NCBI RefSeq assembly: GCF_003334785.1
Contig: NZ_QOWV01000001.1
Source of the DNA: Escherichia coli
GTDB taxonomy: Bacteria; Pseudomonadota; Gammaproteobacteria; Enterobacterales; Enterobacteriaceae
Strand: one strand, 5' to 3'
Length of the DNA stretch: 64,000 nt
This document shows, piece by piece, positions 34,658 through 47,620 of this stretch (position 1 is the stretch's first letter; the number at the start of each line of letters is the position of its first letter). The translations under genes and the position numbers were made by a program. Under the pieces are notes generated by a model. That model saw only the letters and a program-made list of their open reading frames with translations. It had not been told where the DNA came from and ran no database searches.

Positions 34658-35152
34658 ATGGTAGATAGCAAGAAGCGCCCTGGCAAAGATCTCGACCGTA
34701 TCGATCGTAACATTCTTAATGAGTTGCAAAAGGATGGGCGTATTTCTAACGTCGAGCTTTCTAAACGTGTGGGACTTTCCCCAACGCCGTGCCTTGAGCG
34801 TGTGCGTCGGCTGGAAAGACAAGGGTTTATTCAGGGCTATACGGCGCTGCTTAACCCCCATTATCTGGATGCATCACTTCTGGTATTCGTTGAGATTACT
34901 CTGAATCGTGGCGCACCGGATGTGTTTGAACAATTCAATACCGCTGTACAAAAACTTGAAGAAATTCAGGAGTGTCATTTAGTATCCGGTGATTTCGACT
35001 ACCTGTTGAAAACACGCGTGCCGGATATGTCAGCCTACCGTAAGTTGCTGGGGGAAACCCTGCTGCGTCTGCCTGGCGTCAATGACACACGGACATACGT
35101 TGTTATGGAAGAAGTCAAGCAGAGTAATCGTCTGGTTATTAAGACGCGCTAA
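34658..35152 (+). CDS. lrp: leucine-responsive regulatory protein Lrp
   Basis: 164 aa from MVDSKKRPGKDLDRIDRNIL; AsnC-type HTH plus RAM domain. Confidence 0.95.
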   Translation: MVDSKKRPGKDLDRIDRNILNELQKDGRISNVELSKRVGLSPTPCLERVRRLERQGFIQGYTALLNPHYLDASLLVFVEITLNRGAPDVFEQFNTAVQKLEEIQECHLVSGDFDYLLKTRVPDMSAYRKLLGETLLRLPGVNDTRTYVVMEEVKQSNRLVIKTR

Positions 35153-35192
35153 CACGGAACAGGTGCAAAATCGGCGTATTTTGATTACACTC

Positions 35193-35208
35193 CTGTTAAT
35201 CCATACAG
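35193..35208. promoter_or_regulatory. candidate LexA (SOS) box upstream of ftsK
   Basis: ctgt-taatccat-acag fits CTGT-N8-ACAG about 80 bp upstream of the ftsK start; an SOS-inducible promoter (dinH) is known for ftsK. Confidence 0.5.
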
Positions 35209-35286
35209 CAACAGTACTGGGGTAACCTGGTACTGTTGTCCGTTTTAGCATCGGGCAGGAAAAGCCTGTAACCTGGAGAGCCTTTC

Positions 35287-38200
35287 TTGAGCCAGGAATA
35301 CACTGAAGACAAAGAAGTCACATTGACAAAGTTAAGTAGCGGCCGCCGCCTTCTGGAGGCGTTGCTGATCCTTATTGTCCTGTTTGCCGTCTGGTTGATG
35401 GCTGCCTTACTAAGCTTTAACCCTTCGGACCCCAGCTGGTCGCAAACGGCCTGGCATGAACCTATCCATAATTTAGGTGGGATGCCCGGTGCGTGGTTGG
35501 CAGATACGCTGTTCTTTATTTTTGGCGTGATGGCTTACACCATTCCCGTCATTATTGTCGGCGGTTGTTGGTTTGCCTGGCGTCATCAGTCCAGCGACGA
35601 ATACATTGATTATTTTGCCGTTTCGCTACGCATCATTGGCGTTTTGGCGCTCATCCTTACCTCCTGTGGTCTGGCGGCAATCAACGCTGACGATATCTGG
35701 TATTTTGCCTCCGGTGGCGTCATTGGCAGCTTACTAAGCACTACGCTACAACCACTGCTACACAGTAGCGGGGGAACTATTGCGCTGCTCTGCGTTTGGG
35801 CAGCGGGCCTGACGTTGTTCACCGGTTGGTCATGGGTGACCATTGCTGAAAAACTCGGCGGCTGGATTTTAAACATTCTCACCTTCGCCAGTAATCGTAC
35901 CCGTCGCGATGATACCTGGGTCGATGAAGATGAGTATGAAGACGACGAAGAGTATGAAGATGAAAATCACGGCAAACAGCATGAATCACGCCGTGCCCGT
36001 ATTCTTCGCGGCGCGCTAGCGCGTCGTAAACGGTTGGCGGAAAAATTCATTAATCCGATGGGGCGGCAAACAGACGCTGCGTTGTTCTCCGGTAAGCGGA
36101 TGGATGATGACGAAGAGATTACCTACACTGCACGCGGTGTGGCTGCCGACCCGGACGACGTCCTATTTTCGGGCAATCGTGCAACGCAGCCAGAATATGA
36201 CGAATACGATCCATTATTAAACGGTGCGCCAATTACCGAACCTGTCGCTGTAGCAGCTGCTGCTACCACGGCGACACAAAGCTGGGCTGCGCCGGTTGAA
36301 CCTGTGACTCAGACGCCGCCTGTTGCCTCTGTTGATGTTCCACCTGCGCAACCTACAGTAGCCTGGCAGCCTGTACCGGGTCCACAAACGGGAGAGCCGG
36401 TTATTGCTCCTGCACCGGAAGGTTACCCACAGCAGTCACAATATGCGCAGCCTGCAGTGCAATATAATGAGCCGCTGCAACAACCAGTACAGCCGCAGCA
36501 GCCGTATTATGCACCTGCAGCTGAACAACCTGCGCAACAGCCGTATTATGCCCCTGCGCCAGAACAACCGGTGGCAGGTAACGCCTGGCAAGCCGAAGAG
36601 CAGCAATCCACTTTTGCTCCACAGTCTACATACCAGACTGAGCAAACTTATCAGCAGCCAGCCGCTCAGGAGCCGTTGTACCAACAGCCGCAACCCGTTG
36701 AACAGCAGCCTGTTGTGGAGCCTGAACCCGTTGTAGAAGAGACAAAACCCGCGCGTCCGCCGCTTTACTACTTTGAAGAAGTTGAAGAGAAGCGAGCCCG
36801 TGAACGTGAACAACTTGCGGCCTGGTATCAACCGATTCCAGAACCGGTTAAAGAACCAGAACCGATCAAATCTTCGCTGAAAGCACCTTCTGTTGCAGCA
36901 GTACCTCCAGTAGAAGCCGCTGCCGCTGTTTCCCCGCTGGCATCTGGCGTGAAAAAAGCGACACTGGCGACGGGGGCTGCCGCAACCGTTGCCGCGCCAG
37001 TCTTCAGTCTGGCAAATAGCGGTGGACCGCGTCCTCAGGTCAAAGAGGGGATTGGTCCGCAGTTGCCACGACCGAAACGTATCCGCGTGCCAACTCGTCG
37101 TGAACTGGCGTCTTACGGTATTAAGCTGCCCTCACAGCGTGCGGCGGAAGAAAAAGCCCGTGAAGCCCAGCGCAATCAGTACGATTCTGGCGATCAGTAC
37201 AACGATGATGAAATCGATGCGATGCAGCAGGATGAACTGGCACGTCAGTTCGCCCAGACACAGCAGCAACGCTATGGCGAACAGTATCAACATGATGTGC
37301 CCGTAAACGCAGAAGATGCAGATGCTGCGGCAGAGGCTGAACTGGCTCGTCAGTTTGCGCAAACTCAACAACAACGTTATTCCGGCGAACAACCGGCTGG
37401 GGCGAATCCGTTCTCGCTGGATGATTTTGAATTTTCGCCAATGAAAGCGTTGCTGGATGATGGTCCACACGAACCGTTGTTTACGCCAATTGTTGAACCT
37501 GTACAGCAGCCGCAACAACCGGTTGCACCGCAGCAGCAATATCAGCAGCCGCAACAACCAGTTCCGCCGCAGCCGCAGTATCAGCAGCCACAACAGCCGG
37601 TTGCGCCGCAGCCACAATATCAGCAGCCGCAACAACCGGTTGCGCCACAGCAGCAATATCAGCAGCCGCAACAACCGGTTGCGCCGCAGCAGCAGTATCA
37701 GCAGCCACAACAGCCAGTTGCGCCACAACCGCAGGATACCCTGCTTCATCCGCTGTTGATGCGTAATGGCGACAGCCGTCCGTTGCATAAACCGACGACG
37801 CCGCTGCCTTCTCTGGATTTGCTGACACCGCCGCCGAGCGAAGTGGAGCCGGTAGATACCTTTGCGCTTGAACAAATGGCTCGCCTGGTGGAAGCGCGTC
37901 TGGCTGATTTCCGTATTAAAGCCGATGTCGTCAATTACTCTCCGGGGCCGGTTATCACTCGCTTTGAATTGAACCTGGCACCGGGCGTAAAAGCGGCGCG
38001 CATTTCTAACTTGTCACGGGACCTTGCCCGTTCACTTTCGACGGTGGCGGTGCGTGTCGTTGAAGTTATTCCTGGCAAACCCTATGTAGGTCTGGAGTTA
38101 CCGAATAAAAAACGACAAACCGTTTATCTGCGCGAAGTTTTGGATAACGCCAAATTCCGCGATAATCCGTCGCCATTAACCGTGGTGCTGGGTAAAGATA

Positions 38201-39276
38201 TCGCCGGTGAGCCGGTGGTTGCCGATCTGGCGAAAATGCCGCACTTGTTGGTTGCGGGGACTACCGGTTCCGGTAAATCTGTCGGTGTGAACGCGATGAT
38301 CCTGAGCATGCTTTATAAAGCACAGCCAGAAGATGTGCGTTTCATCATGATCGACCCGAAAATGCTGGAGCTTTCGGTTTATGAAGGCATTCCGCATCTG
38401 TTAACGGAAGTCGTTACTGATATGAAAGATGCCGCCAACGCGCTGCGCTGGTGTGTTAACGAGATGGAGCGTCGGTATAAACTGATGTCTGCGCTGGGTG
38501 TGCGTAATCTGGCGGGTTATAACGAAAAAATTGCTGAAGCCGATCGCATGATGCGTCCGATTCCAGACCCGTACTGGAAGCCGGGTGACAGTATGGATGC
38601 CCAGCATCCGGTGCTGAAAAAAGAACCATACATTGTGGTGTTGGTTGACGAATTTGCCGACCTGATGATGACGGTAGGTAAAAAAGTGGAAGAGCTGATA
38701 GCACGTCTGGCGCAAAAAGCCCGTGCCGCGGGTATCCACCTCGTACTGGCAACTCAGCGTCCATCGGTTGATGTTATTACTGGTCTGATTAAAGCGAATA
38801 TTCCGACCCGTATCGCCTTTACCGTATCCAGTAAGATTGACTCACGTACCATTCTTGATCAGGCTGGCGCGGAATCACTGCTGGGTATGGGGGATATGCT
38901 CTACTCTGGGCCGAACTCCACGTTGCCGGTACGTGTCCATGGTGCTTTTGTTCGCGATCAGGAAGTTCATGCCGTGGTGCAGGACTGGAAAGCGCGTGGT
39001 CGCCCACAGTATGTTGATGGCATCACCTCCGACAGCGAAAGCGAAGGTGGTGCGGGTGGTTTCGATGGCGCTGAAGAACTGGATCCGTTGTTCGATCAGG
39101 CGGTGCAGTTTGTCACTGAAAAACGCAAAGCGTCAATTTCTGGCGTACAGCGTCAGTTCCGCATTGGTTATAACCGTGCAGCGCGTATTATCGAACAGAT
39201 GGAAGCGCAGGGGATTGTCAGCGAACAGGGGCACAACGGTAATCGTGAAGTGCTGGCCCCACCGCCGTTTGACTAA
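35287..39276 (+). CDS. ftsK: DNA translocase FtsK
   Basis: 1329 aa; TTG start; N-terminal TM domain, Pro/Gln-rich linker, C-terminal motor with Walker A GTTGSGKS and gamma domain. Confidence 0.95.
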   Translation: MSQEYTEDKEVTLTKLSSGRRLLEALLILIVLFAVWLMAALLSFNPSDPSWSQTAWHEPIHNLGGMPGAWLADTLFFIFGVMAYTIPVIIVGGCWFAWRHQSSDEYIDYFAVSLRIIGVLALILTSCGLAAINADDIWYFASGGVIGSLLSTTLQPLLHSSGGTIALLCVWAAGLTLFTGWSWVTIAEKLGGWILNILTFASNRTRRDDTWVDEDEYEDDEEYEDENHGKQHESRRARILRGALARRKRLAEKFINPMGRQTDAALFSGKRMDDDEEITYTARGVAADPDDVLFSGNRATQPEYDEYDPLLNGAPITEPVAVAAAATTATQSWAAPVEPVTQTPPVASVDVPPAQPTVAWQPVPGPQTGEPVIAPAPEGYPQQSQYAQPAVQYNEPLQQPVQPQQPYYAPAAEQPAQQPYYAPAPEQPVAGNAWQAEEQQSTFAPQSTYQTEQTYQQPAAQEPLYQQPQPVEQQPVVEPEPVVEETKPARPPLYYFEEVEEKRAREREQLAAWYQPIPEPVKEPEPIKSSLKAPSVAAVPPVEAAAAVSPLASGVKKATLATGAAATVAAPVFSLANSGGPRPQVKEGIGPQLPRPKRIRVPTRRELASYGIKLPSQRAAEEKAREAQRNQYDSGDQYNDDEIDAMQQDELARQFAQTQQQRYGEQYQHDVPVNAEDADAAAEAELARQFAQTQQQRYSGEQPAGANPFSLDDFEFSPMKALLDDGPHEPLFTPIVEPVQQPQQPVAPQQQYQQPQQPVPPQPQYQQPQQPVAPQPQYQQPQQPVAPQQQYQQPQQPVAPQQQYQQPQQPVAPQPQDTLLHPLLMRNGDSRPLHKPTTPLPSLDLLTPPPSEVEPVDTFALEQMARLVEARLADFRIKADVVNYSPGPVITRFELNLAPGVKAARISNLSRDLARSLSTVAVRVVEVIPGKPYVGLELPNKKRQTVYLREVLDNAKFRDNPSPLTVVLGKDIAGEPVVADLAKMPHLLVAGTTGSGKSVGVNAMILSMLYKAQPEDVRFIMIDPKMLELSVYEGIPHLLTEVVTDMKDAANALRWCVNEMERRYKLMSALGVRNLAGYNEKIAEADRMMRPIPDPYWKPGDSMDAQHPVLKKEPYIVVLVDEFADLMMTVGKKVEELIARLAQKARAAGIHLVLATQRPSVDVITGLIKANIPTRIAFTVSSKIDSRTILDQAGAESLLGMGDMLYSGPNSTLPVRVHGAFVRDQEVHAVVQDWKARGRPQYVDGITSDSESEGGAGGFDGAEELDPLFDQAVQFVTEKRKASISGVQRQFRIGYNRAARIIEQMEAQGIVSEQGHNGNREVLAPPPFD
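37504..37734 (+). repeat. in-frame 39-bp tandem repeat (about 5.9 copies) in the ftsK linker
   Basis: cagcagccgcaacaaccggttgcaccgcagcagcaatat repeated head-to-tail, encoding ([13 protein letters not shown])n. Confidence 0.9.
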
Positions 39277-39290
39277 CTAATGCATCGTAT

Positions 39291-39322
39291 GCCGGATAAG
39301 GCGCGGTAGCGTCGCATCCGGC
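39291..39322. repeat. REP palindromic element
   Basis: gccggataaggcgcggtagcgtcgcatccggc matches the REP consensus in the ftsK-lolA intergenic region. Confidence 0.75.
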
Positions 39323-39434
39323 ACTCTATCAACTGAAAATTCAGTATTTTCTTCTTTCCTCAAGCTGATTATTAGCCTGGAATAGAGAGTAGAGGGAACT
39401 CCCGATCGGGAGTGACGTAATTTGAGGAATAATG

Positions 39435-40046
39435 ATGAAAAAAATTGCCATCACCTGTGCATTACTCTCAAGCTTAGTAGCAAGCAGCGTTTGGGCTGAT
39501 GCCGCAAGCGATCTGAAAAGCCGCCTGGATAAAGTCAGCAGCTTCCACGCCAGCTTCACACAAAAAGTGACTGACGGTAGCGGCGCGGCGGTGCAGGAAG
39601 GTCAGGGCGATCTGTGGGTGAAACGTCCAAACTTATTCAACTGGCATATGACACAACCTGATGAAAGCATTCTGGTTTCTGACGGTAAAACACTGTGGTT
39701 CTATAACCCGTTCGTTGAGCAAGCTACGGCAACCTGGCTGAAAGATGCCACCGGTAATACGCCGTTTATGCTGATTGCCCGCAACCAGTCCAGCGACTGG
39801 CAGCAGTACAATATCAAACAGAATGGCGATGACTTTGTCCTGACGCCGAAAGCCAGCAATGGCAATCTGAAGCAGTTCACCATTAACGTGGGACGTGATG
39901 GCACAATCCATCAGTTTAGCGCGGTGGAGCAGGACGATCAGCGCAGCAGTTATCAACTGAAATCCCAGCAAAATGGGGCTGTGGATGCAGCGAAATTTAC
40001 CTTCACCCCGCCGCAAGGCGTCACGGTAGATGATCAACGTAAGTAG
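39435..40046 (+). CDS. lolA: outer-membrane lipoprotein carrier LolA
   Basis: 203 aa with signal peptide [21 protein letters not shown]. Confidence 0.95.
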
Positions 40047-40056
40047 AGGCACCTGA

Positions 40057-41400
40057 GTGAGCAATCTGTCGCTCGATTTTTCGGATAATACTTTTCAACC
40101 TCTGGCCGCGCGTATGCGGCCAGAAAATTTAGCACAGTATATCGGCCAGCAACATTTGCTGGCTGCGGGGAAGCCGTTGCCGCGCGCTATCGAAGCCGGG
40201 CATTTACATTCTATGATCCTCTGGGGGCCGCCGGGTACCGGCAAAACAACTCTCGCTGAAGTGATTGCCCGCTATGCGAACGCTGATGTGGAACGTATTT
40301 CTGCCGTCACCTCTGGCGTGAAAGAGATTCGCGAGGCGATCGAGCGCGCCCGGCAAAACCGCAATGCAGGTCGCCGCACTATTCTTTTTGTTGACGAAGT
40401 TCACCGTTTCAACAAAAGCCAGCAGGATGCATTTCTGCCACATATTGAAGACGGCACCATCACTTTTATTGGCGCAACCACTGAAAACCCGTCGTTTGAG
40501 CTTAATTCGGCACTGCTTTCCCGTGCCCGTGTCTATCTGTTGAAATCCCTGAGTACAGAGGATATTGAGCAAGTACTAACTCAGGCGATGGAAGACAAAA
40601 CCCGTGGCTATGGTGGTCAGGATATTGTTCTGCCAGATGAAACACGACGCGCCATTGCTGAACTGGTGAATGGCGACGCGCGCCGGGCGTTAAATACGCT
40701 GGAAATGATGGCGGATATGGCCGAAGTCGATGATAGCGGTAAGCGGGTCCTGAAGCCTGAATTACTGACCGAAATCGCCGGTGAACGTAGCGCCCGCTTT
40801 GATAACAAAGGCGATCGCTTTTACGATCTGATTTCCGCACTGCATAAGTCGGTACGTGGTAGCGCACCCGATGCGGCGCTGTACTGGTATGCGCGAATTA
40901 TTACCGCTGGTGGCGATCCGTTATATGTCGCGCGTCGCTGTCTGGCGATTGCGTCTGAAGACGTCGGTAATGCCGATCCACGGGCGATGCAGGTGGCAAT
41001 TGCGGCCTGGGATTGCTTTACTCGCGTTGGCCCGGCGGAAGGTGAACGCGCCATTGCTCAGGCGATTGTTTACCTGGCCTGCGCGCCAAAAAGCAACGCT
41101 GTCTACACTGCGTTTAAAGCCGCGCTGGCCGATGCTCGCGAACGCCCGGATTATGACGTGCCGGTTCATTTGCGTAATGCGCCGACGAAATTAATGAAGG
41201 AAATGGGCTACGGGCAGGAATATCGTTACGCTCATGATGAAGCAAACGCTTATGCTGCCGGTGAGGTTTACTTCCCGCCGGAAATAGCACAAACACGCTA
41301 TTATTTCCCGACAAACAGGGGCCTTGAAGGCAAGATTGGCGAAAAGCTCGCCTGGCTGGCTGAACAGGATCAAAATAGCCCCATAAAACGCTACCGTTAA
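40057..41400 (+). CDS. rarA: replication-associated recombination protein A (RarA/MgsA)
   Basis: 447 aa; AAA+ Walker [10 protein letters not shown] and Walker [11 protein letters not shown]. Confidence 0.95.
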
Positions 41401-41469
41401 TGTTATCGTTGCGGTAATGTTGTTACTGTATCCCTGTGGTCGCAGGCTGTGGCCACATCTCCCATTTAA

Positions 41470-42783
<1,314 letters not shown>

Positions 42784-42803
42784 TACCCAATTTTTCTGAA
42801 TCT

Positions 42804-42830
42804 AAAAAGCGCCTGCGGGCGCTTTTTTTG
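42804..42830 (+). terminator. rho-independent terminator of serS
   Basis: agcgcc-tgcg-ggcgct stem followed by ttttttt. Confidence 0.75.
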
Positions 42831-42837
42831 TCTCCCT

Positions 42838-42851
42838 TTGATACCGAACAA
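42838..42851. promoter_or_regulatory. candidate FNR site upstream of dmsA
   Basis: ttgat-accg-aacaa is a 9/10 match to TTGAT-N4-ATCAA; dmsABC is a known FNR-activated operon. Confidence 0.5.
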
Positions 42852-43021
42852 TAATTACTCCTCACTTACACGTAATACTACTTTCGAGTGAAAATCTACC
42901 TATCTCTTTGATTTTCAAATTATTCGATGTATACAAGCCTATATAGCGAACTGCTATAGAAATAATTACACAATACGGTTTGTTACTGGAATCAATCGTG
43001 AGCAAGCTTGAGTGAGCCATT

Positions 43022-45466
43022 ATGAAAACGAAAATCCCTGATGCGGTATTGGCTGCTGAGGTGAGTCGCCGTGGTTTGGTAAAAACGACAGCGATCGGCG
43101 GCCTGGCAATGGCCAGCAGCGCATTAACATTACCTTTTAGTCGGATTGCGCACGCTGTCGATAGCGCCATTCCAACAAAATCAGACGAAAAGGTTATCTG
43201 GAGCGCCTGTACAGTTAACTGTGGTAGTCGCTGCCCGCTACGTATGCACGTCGTGGACGGTGAAATCAAATATGTCGAAACGGACAATACCGGCGATGAC
43301 AATTACGACGGCCTGCACCAGGTTCGCGCCTGCCTGCGTGGGCGTTCCATGCGTCGCCGTGTCTACAATCCGGACCGCCTGAAATATCCGATGAAACGAG
43401 TCGGGGCGCGCGGTGAAGGCAAATTCGAGCGCATTAGCTGGGAAGAAGCCTACGACATCATCGCGACCAATATGCAGCGCCTGATCAAAGAGTACGGCAA
43501 CGAGTCTATCTATCTGAACTATGGCACCGGTACGCTGGGCGGCACCATGACCCGCTCCTGGCCGCCGGGAAATACCCTGGTCGCGCGGCTGATGAACTGC
43601 TGCGGCGGCTATCTGAACCATTACGGCGACTACTCCTCCGCGCAAATTGCGGAAGGTTTGAACTATACCTACGGCGGCTGGGCAGATGGCAACAGCCCGT
43701 CGGATATCGAAAACAGTAAGCTGGTAGTGCTGTTTGGTAATAACCCTGGCGAAACGCGAATGAGTGGCGGTGGGGTGACTTACTATCTTGAACAGGCACG
43801 CCAGAAATCTAATGCCCGCATGATCATCATCGATCCGCGCTATACCGACACCGGTGCCGGGCGCGAAGATGAGTGGATCCCTATTCGTCCGGGAACAGAT
43901 GCCGCACTGGTTAACGGTCTGGCGTACGTCATGATCACTGAAAACCTGGTGGATCAGGCATTCCTCGATAAATATTGCGTTGGCTACGATGAGAAAACCC
44001 TGCCAGCCAGTGCGCCGAAAAATGGCCACTATAAAGCTTATATTCTGGGTGAAGGGCCAGATGGCGTGGCTAAAACGCCGGAATGGGCCTCGCAAATCAC
44101 TGGTGTTCCGGCAGACAAAATCATCAAATTGGCTCGTGAAATCGGTAGTACCAAACCGGCGTTTATCAGCCAGGGATGGGGCCCGCAGCGTCACGCTAAC
44201 GGTGAAATCGCAACCCGTGCTATCTCGATGCTGGCGATTCTGACCGGTAACGTTGGTATTAACGGAGGCAACAGCGGCGCGCGTGAAGGTTCATACAGCT
44301 TACCGTTTGTCCGTATGCCGACCTTGGAAAACCCGATCCAGACCAGCATTTCGATGTTTATGTGGACCGATGCCATTGAACGTGGCCCGGAAATGACGGC
44401 GCTGCGTGATGGTGTACGCGGGAAAGATAAGCTGGATGTGCCGATCAAAATGATCTGGAACTATGCCGGTAACTGCCTGATTAACCAGCATTCTGAAATC
44501 AACCGTACCCATGAAATCCTTCAGGATGATAAGAAGTGCGAGCTGATTGTGGTTATCGACTGCCACATGACCTCATCGGCGAAATATGCTGACATCCTGC
44601 TGCCTGACTGCACCGCTTCCGAACAGATGGACTTTGCGCTGGATGCATCCTGCGGGAATATGTCTTACGTGATTTTCAACGATCAGGTGATTAAACCGCG
44701 CTTTGAATGTAAGACCATCTATGAAATGACCAGCGAACTGGCAAAACGTCTTGGCGTTGAGCAACAGTTTACTGAAGGCCGTACCCAGGAAGAGTGGATG
44801 CGGCATCTGTATGCCCAGTCGCGGGAAGCGATTCCTGAACTGCCAACGTTTGAAGAGTTCCGCAAGCAGGGGATCTTTAAAAAGCGCGACCCACAAGGGC
44901 ATCACGTTGCTTATAAAGCCTTCCGTGAAGATCCGCAGGCAAACCCACTGACTACGCCATCGGGCAAAATTGAGATTTATTCGCAGGCGCTGGCTGACAT
45001 TGCCGCTACCTGGGAATTGCCTGAAGGCGATGTGATCGATCCACTGCCGATCTACACGCCGGGCTTTGAAAGTTATCAGGATCCGCTGAACAAACAGTAT
45101 CCGCTGCAGCTTACAGGTTTCCACTATAAATCTCGCGTTCACTCAACTTACGGCAACGTTGATGTGCTGAAAGCGGCTTGCCGTCAGGAAATGTGGATCA
45201 ACCCGCTTGATGCCCAAAAACGCGGTATCCACAACGGCGATAAAGTCAGGATCTTTAACGATCGTGGTGAGGTTCATATTGAGGCGAAAGTGACGCCACG
45301 AATGATGCCGGGTGTGGTCGCACTGGGTGAAGGTGCCTGGTATGACCCGGATGCAAAACGTGTCGATAAGGGTGGTTGTATTAACGTACTGACCACTCAA
45401 CGTCCGTCTCCTCTCGCTAAGGGGAATCCGTCACATACAAACCTTGTTCAGGTTGAAAAGGTGTAA
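43022..45466 (+). CDS. dmsA: DMSO reductase catalytic subunit DmsA
   Basis: 814 aa; twin-arginine signal (SRRGLVKTTAIGGLA), N-terminal Cys cluster, molybdopterin oxidoreductase body. Confidence 0.95.
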   Translation: MKTKIPDAVLAAEVSRRGLVKTTAIGGLAMASSALTLPFSRIAHAVDSAIPTKSDEKVIWSACTVNCGSRCPLRMHVVDGEIKYVETDNTGDDNYDGLHQVRACLRGRSMRRRVYNPDRLKYPMKRVGARGEGKFERISWEEAYDIIATNMQRLIKEYGNESIYLNYGTGTLGGTMTRSWPPGNTLVARLMNCCGGYLNHYGDYSSAQIAEGLNYTYGGWADGNSPSDIENSKLVVLFGNNPGETRMSGGGVTYYLEQARQKSNARMIIIDPRYTDTGAGREDEWIPIRPGTDAALVNGLAYVMITENLVDQAFLDKYCVGYDEKTLPASAPKNGHYKAYILGEGPDGVAKTPEWASQITGVPADKIIKLAREIGSTKPAFISQGWGPQRHANGEIATRAISMLAILTGNVGINGGNSGAREGSYSLPFVRMPTLENPIQTSISMFMWTDAIERGPEMTALRDGVRGKDKLDVPIKMIWNYAGNCLINQHSEINRTHEILQDDKKCELIVVIDCHMTSSAKYADILLPDCTASEQMDFALDASCGNMSYVIFNDQVIKPRFECKTIYEMTSELAKRLGVEQQFTEGRTQEEWMRHLYAQSREAIPELPTFEEFRKQGIFKKRDPQGHHVAYKAFREDPQANPLTTPSGKIEIYSQALADIAATWELPEGDVIDPLPIYTPGFESYQDPLNKQYPLQLTGFHYKSRVHSTYGNVDVLKAACRQEMWINPLDAQKRGIHNGDKVRIFNDRGEVHIEAKVTPRMMPGVVALGEGAWYDPDAKRVDKGGCINVLTTQRPSPLAKGNPSHTNLVQVEKV

Positions 45467-45476
45467 GGAGTAACCG

Positions 45477-46094
45477 ATGACAACCCAGTATGGATTTTTT
45501 ATTGATTCCAGCCGTTGCACCGGTTGCAAAACCTGCGAGCTGGCCTGTAAAGACTACAAAGATTTGACGCCAGAAGTCAGCTTCCGCCGCATTTATGAAT
45601 ATGCTGGCGGCGACTGGCAGGAAGATAACGGTGTCTGGCACCAGAACGTGTTTGCCTACTATCTGTCGATTTCATGTAACCACTGCGAAGATCCGGCTTG
45701 TACTAAAGTCTGCCCGAGCGGTGCGATGCATAAACGTGAAGATGGTTTTGTTGTGGTCGATGAAGATGTGTGCATTGGCTGCCGCTACTGCCATATGGCT
45801 TGCCCGTATGGCGCACCGCAATATAACGAAACGAAAGGCCATATGACCAAATGCGATGGTTGTTATGACCGTGTTGCGGAGGGTAAAAAGCCGATCTGTG
45901 TTGAATCTTGTCCGCTGCGGGCGCTGGATTTCGGCCCTATCGACGAGCTGCGTAAAAAACATGGCGATCTGGCGGCCGTTGCGCCGTTGCCGCGAGCTCA
46001 CTTTACCAAACCGAATATTGTGATCAAACCCAATGCCAATAGCCGCCCGACCGGGGATACCACTGGCTATCTGGCAAACCCGAAGGAGGTGTGA
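45477..46094 (+). CDS. dmsB: DMSO reductase iron-sulfur subunit DmsB
   Basis: 205 aa with four ferredoxin-type Cys clusters (CxxCxxC...C). Confidence 0.95.
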   Translation: MTTQYGFFIDSSRCTGCKTCELACKDYKDLTPEVSFRRIYEYAGGDWQEDNGVWHQNVFAYYLSISCNHCEDPACTKVCPSGAMHKREDGFVVVDEDVCIGCRYCHMACPYGAPQYNETKGHMTKCDGCYDRVAEGKKPICVESCPLRALDFGPIDELRKKHGDLAAVAPLPRAHFTKPNIVIKPNANSRPTGDTTGYLANPKEV

Positions 46095-46095
46095 G

Positions 46096-46959
46096 ATGGG
46101 AAGTGGATGGCATGAATGGCCGCTGATGATCTTCACGGTCTTCGGGCAATGTGTAGCAGGTGGTTTTATCGTTCTGGCTTTGGCGCTGCTCAAAGGCGAC
46201 CTGCGAGCAGAAGCCCAGCAGCGTGTTATCGCCTGCATGTTTGGTTTATGGGTGCTGATGGGCATTGGCTTTATCGCCTCTATGCTCCATCTTGGTTCAC
46301 CAATGCGCGCTTTTAACTCGCTCAACCGGGTAGGGGCTTCAGCACTCAGTAACGAAATCGCCAGCGGTTCGATCTTTTTTGCCGTAGGCGGCATCGGCTG
46401 GTTGCTGGCAATGCTGAAAAAGCTGTCACCGGCATTGCGTACGCTGTGGCTGATAGTGACGATGGTTCTTGGCGTCATCTTTGTCTGGATGATGGTGCGT
46501 GTGTATAACAGCATTGATACCGTTCCGACCTGGTACAGCATCTGGACGCCGATGGGCTTCTTCCTGACGATGTTTATGGGCGGCCCGTTACTGGGTTACC
46601 TGTTGTTGAGTCTGGCTGGCGTCGATGGCTGGGCGATGCGTCTGCTGCCAGCAATTTCTGTACTGGCACTGGTAGTGAGTGGCGTGGTGTCAGTGATGCA
46701 GGGCGCAGAGCTGGCGACTATTCATAGTTCTGTGCAGCAGGCCGCAGCGCTGGTGCCGGACTATGGTGCGCTGATGTCCTGGCGGATCGTGCTTTTGGCC
46801 GTTGCCCTGTGCTTGTGGATTGCACCACAGCTAAAAGGTTATCAGCCTGCGGTTCCGCTACTTTCTGTATCATTCATTCTGCTTCTGGCAGGGGAATTAA
46901 TCGGTCGCGGCGTATTCTATGGTTTGCATATGACCGTGGGGATGGCCGTCGCAAGCTAA
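46096..46959 (+). CDS. dmsC: DMSO reductase membrane anchor subunit DmsC
   Basis: 287 aa from MGSGWHEWPLMIF; polytopic; the track ORF start lies inside dmsB so I use the ATG 1 bp after the dmsB stop. Confidence 0.9.
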   Translation: MGSGWHEWPLMIFTVFGQCVAGGFIVLALALLKGDLRAEAQQRVIACMFGLWVLMGIGFIASMLHLGSPMRAFNSLNRVGASALSNEIASGSIFFAVGGIGWLLAMLKKLSPALRTLWLIVTMVLGVIFVWMMVRVYNSIDTVPTWYSIWTPMGFFLTMFMGGPLLGYLLLSLAGVDGWAMRLLPAISVLALVVSGVVSVMQGAELATIHSSVQQAAALVPDYGALMSWRIVLLAVALCLWIAPQLKGYQPAVPLLSVSFILLLAGELIGRGVFYGLHMTVGMAVAS

Positions 46960-46966
46960 TCATAAC

Positions 46967-47000
46967 AACCGGGGTTTCGGCCCCGGTTCTCTTTTATTTC
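46967..47000. terminator. terminator hairpin between convergent dmsC and ycaC
   Basis: aaccgggg-tttcgg-ccccggtt stem followed by a T-rich tract; overlaps the ycaC C-terminal codons. Confidence 0.6.
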
Positions 47001-47620
47001 TGCTTCGTTAACGTGTCATAACTGGTCATCAAATTACGATAATCAGGAATGTGGTTAGAGAACAACGTCGCCAGTCCTTCAATATCATTACGCCAGTCGC
47101 GATGCAGCTCGCACGCCACGCCGAACCATGTCATCAATTGCGCACCAGCTTGCGACAAGCGATCCCATGCCGAATGCCGGGTAATTTCATTAAAGGTCCC
47201 TGACGCGTCAGTCACGACAAAGACGTCAAACCCTTCTTCAATGGCTGAAAGCGCCGGGAATGCCACGCAAACTTCGGTTACCACACCGGCAATAATTAAC
47301 TGTTTTTTACCTGTCGCTTTGACAGCTTTTACAAAATCTTCGTTATCCCAGGCGTTAATATTTCCCGGGCGAGCAATGTAAGGTGTATCGGGGAATTGTG
47401 CTTTCAGTTCTGGAACTAATGGGCCGTTAGGACCGGTTTCAAAACTGGTGGTAAGAATAGTTGGTAAGTTGAAATACTTAGCCAGGTCACCCAGCGCCAG
47501 CACGTTATTTTTAAACTTATCGGGTTCGATATCCCGTACAAGGGAAAGTAAACCAGCCTGGTGATCAACAAGCAAAACGGCAGCATCATTTTTATCAAGA
47601 CGAACATACGGTTTGGTCAT
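46994..47620 (-). CDS. ycaC: isochorismatase-family hydrolase YcaC
   Basis: 208-aa ORF with isochorismatase-like fold and conserved Cys. Confidence 0.9.
   Translation of the reverse strand: MTKPYVRLDKNDAAVLLVDHQAGLLSLVRDIEPDKFKNNVLALGDLAKYFNLPTILTTSFETGPNGPLVPELKAQFPDTPYIARPGNINAWDNEDFVKAVKATGKKQLIIAGVVTEVCVAFPALSAIEEGFDVFVVTDASGTFNEITRHSAWDRLSQAGAQLMTWFGVACELHRDWRNDIEGLATLFSNHIPDYRNLMTSYDTLTKQK

Noticed and set aside
37132-37875. Antisense ORFs of 247 and 115 aa and a plus-strand 100-aa alternative-frame ORF inside the ftsK linker
   Set aside because: They are low-complexity translations (Leu/Arg-rich or Ala/Val-rich) of the 39-bp tandem repeat in the wrong frame or strand; an artefact of repeat periodicity.
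43238-44194. 318-aa antisense ORF inside dmsA, and similar antisense or alternative-frame ORFs inside poxB, hcp, cydD, clpA, ycaO and ybjD
   Set aside because: Each lies wholly within a well-supported gene on the other strand or frame, with atypical composition and no motifs; typical spurious ORFs in GC-balanced coding DNA.
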